A DNA stretch of 63,952 bases, the filler included, from Octopus bimaculoides (taxonomy: Eukaryota), in NCBI RefSeq assembly GCF_001194135.2. It is 8 parts of 7 records of this genome, joined end to end, with 100 filler letters (N's around TTAATTAATTAA, not from the genome) between each part and the next. Parts side by side here need not be neighbours in the genome. Positions count along the whole stretch, not along the records: positions 57,650 to 62,629 come from NW_026295550.1; positions 62,730 to 63,952 come from NW_026346128.1; 6 more parts are not named here. One strand, written 5' to 3'. Below are positions 62,502 to 63,952 of this stretch, piece by piece; position 1 is the first letter of the stretch, and the number at the start of each line of letters is the position of its first letter. The notes beneath the pieces are model-generated. The model ran no database searches, had not been told where the DNA came from, and saw only the letters and a program-made list of their open reading frames with translations. Position numbers and translations under genes: made by a program.

Positions 62502-63273
62502 GTAAGTTGTAAATGTCATTATTTCTGAGAAATTAATAGATTTCGTTAACCGTTTTGATACCAACCCTGCTGAAACTGCGTCTGGCTCTGAGTACAAATG
62601 TCTTGTTTTCATAAGTTTTGAATTAAAATNNNNNNNNNNNNNNNNNNNNNNNNNNNNNNNNNNNNNNNNNNNNTTAATTAATTAANNNNNNNNNNNNNNN
62701 NNNNNNNNNNNNNNNNNNNNNNNNNNNNNACACACATTCATATGTATAGAGTTAGATATGATGCCCCCTACACACAGACTAAACACTATGGCTGTTATTT
62801 ACAGGTGCGCGCACAGACACGCACAGACACGCACACACACACATACAGACATAGATAGATAGATATACTTACATCAACACGTACACACACTCATATGTAT
62901 GTAAATATATGTTTTCTTTTTTTTTTTCTGAGCAGTAGGATGGGAATCCAGCGGTAAAGCCATTATACCACATTACGCTGATGTTTGACAAATTTTCTGC
63001 CACCATCCCATCTATGTTAGCATTGATGATAAATGGATGCAAGCAGAAAAAAAAAATAATAGTATTATATAATAAATTTTATACACATATAAACAGTTTC
63101 CAACTAGAATCTCGATGTGAATATAATATATGTATGTATGTGTGTGTCTGTGTGTGTGTGCGTATGTGTGGATTCGTGTGTGTGTTTTAATAATCTAATA
63201 ACTATTTTACGTCTATAAATCCGAAAACTGATATTTTAGGTTTCTTTTTTCTATTTAACATATATCCAGACTT

Positions 63274-63335
<62 letters not shown>

Positions 63336-63569
63336 CATATATTTACCATATATATACAAACTGTTCCTTGCCACGGATTATCGTCAGACATTCTCCTTTG
63401 TTGCTGCTAATAGACCTTACCTGAAACTTTATTATTTATTCCATCATAGAACTGCGTAACACATATCTACTTCAATCAGCTTCTTCCACAGTTTCCACAA
63501 ACTGGAAAATATTAATATTGTCTATTAGAGATATTTCTTTATTTTAATATTTTTCTGGCGTCTTCCTCT

Positions 63570-63900
63570 CCAAAATGAACGAAAAACTGGTCAACAGAAG
63601 CGGGCCAATCATTCTTCCTGACAATGTTCGACCACATGTTTCACTAATAACACTCCTGAACTTGGTTACAAAGTCCTTCCCCACCCGGTTTATTCCTCAA
63701 ACCTTTCTCCTACCGACTACCACTCTTTCTAGCCCCTTGATGGTTTCTGCGAGAGAAGGAGTTCAAAAATCAAACCGCTGCTGAAAGTGTGTTCAAAGAG
63801 TTCATCAGCTCCAGAACTCCAGATATTTATGTTACCAGAATAAACAAACTTGTAACTCGTTGGCAGAAATGTGTTGATTGCAATGTTACTTACTTTGATG
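63570..63900 (+). mobile_element. Decayed mariner transposase C-terminal third
   Basis: KLVNRSGPIILPDNVRPHVS, LGYKVLPHPVYSSNLSPTDYH, KEFKNQTAAESVFKEFISSRTP and INKLVTRWQKCVDCNVTYFD across frameshifts. Confidence 0.9.
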
Positions 63901-63952
63901 GCTGGAGGCGCAATGGCCCAGTGGTTAGGGCAGCAGACTTGCGGTTTCGATT

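Noticed and set aside
62790-62830. Acceptor-like ttatttacAG|GTGCG as the next C19orf12 exon
   Set aside because: It gives G-A-R-T-D and runs into a microsatellite instead of the expected GAVGGLLG-like sequence.
1-63952. CRISPR arrays, rRNA genes, prokaryotic operons
   Set aside because: No repeat-spacer arrays or rRNA-like sequence; the window is intron-containing eukaryotic DNA.

Overview
AT-rich, microsatellite-dense eukaryotic draft-assembly sequence with many N gaps. The SINE sequences and repeat landscape suggest a cephalopod, probably Octopus (inference). Nearly every ORF in the supplied track is a microsatellite, N-gap or transposon artefact. Two spliced host genes are supported on the + strand. 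(1) A small secreted protein (~162 aa) with a signal peptide and two chitin-binding type-2 (CBM14/peritrophin-A) domains, coding exons 20192-20471 and 28336-28544. (2) An internal exon of a C19orf12/Nazo homologue (62340-62501), with a candidate first exon at 58326-58350. The rest is decayed Tc1/mariner, Helitron, RTE, Ty3/Gypsy and Penelope elements plus tRNA-derived SINEs. The most striking signal is non-coding: type I hammerhead ribozyme motifs in several unrelated repeat families. They include (a) a ~240-bp foldback encoding a hammerhead on each strand (50621-50863, second copy 32424-32733); (b) a ~355-370-nt tandem unit with one hammerhead per unit, resembling a non-LTR retrozyme (43625-44220, 10655-11085); (c) an intact-looking sense hammerhead in the intron of the chitin-binding gene (26761-26856); (d) a minimal dimer-type hammerhead (17725-17770); and (e) a hammerhead relic at the 3' end of a 5'-inverted Penelope element (55169-55233). 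All folds were derived by eye and none has been tested for activity. Mobile-element boundaries are approximate unless stated otherwise.
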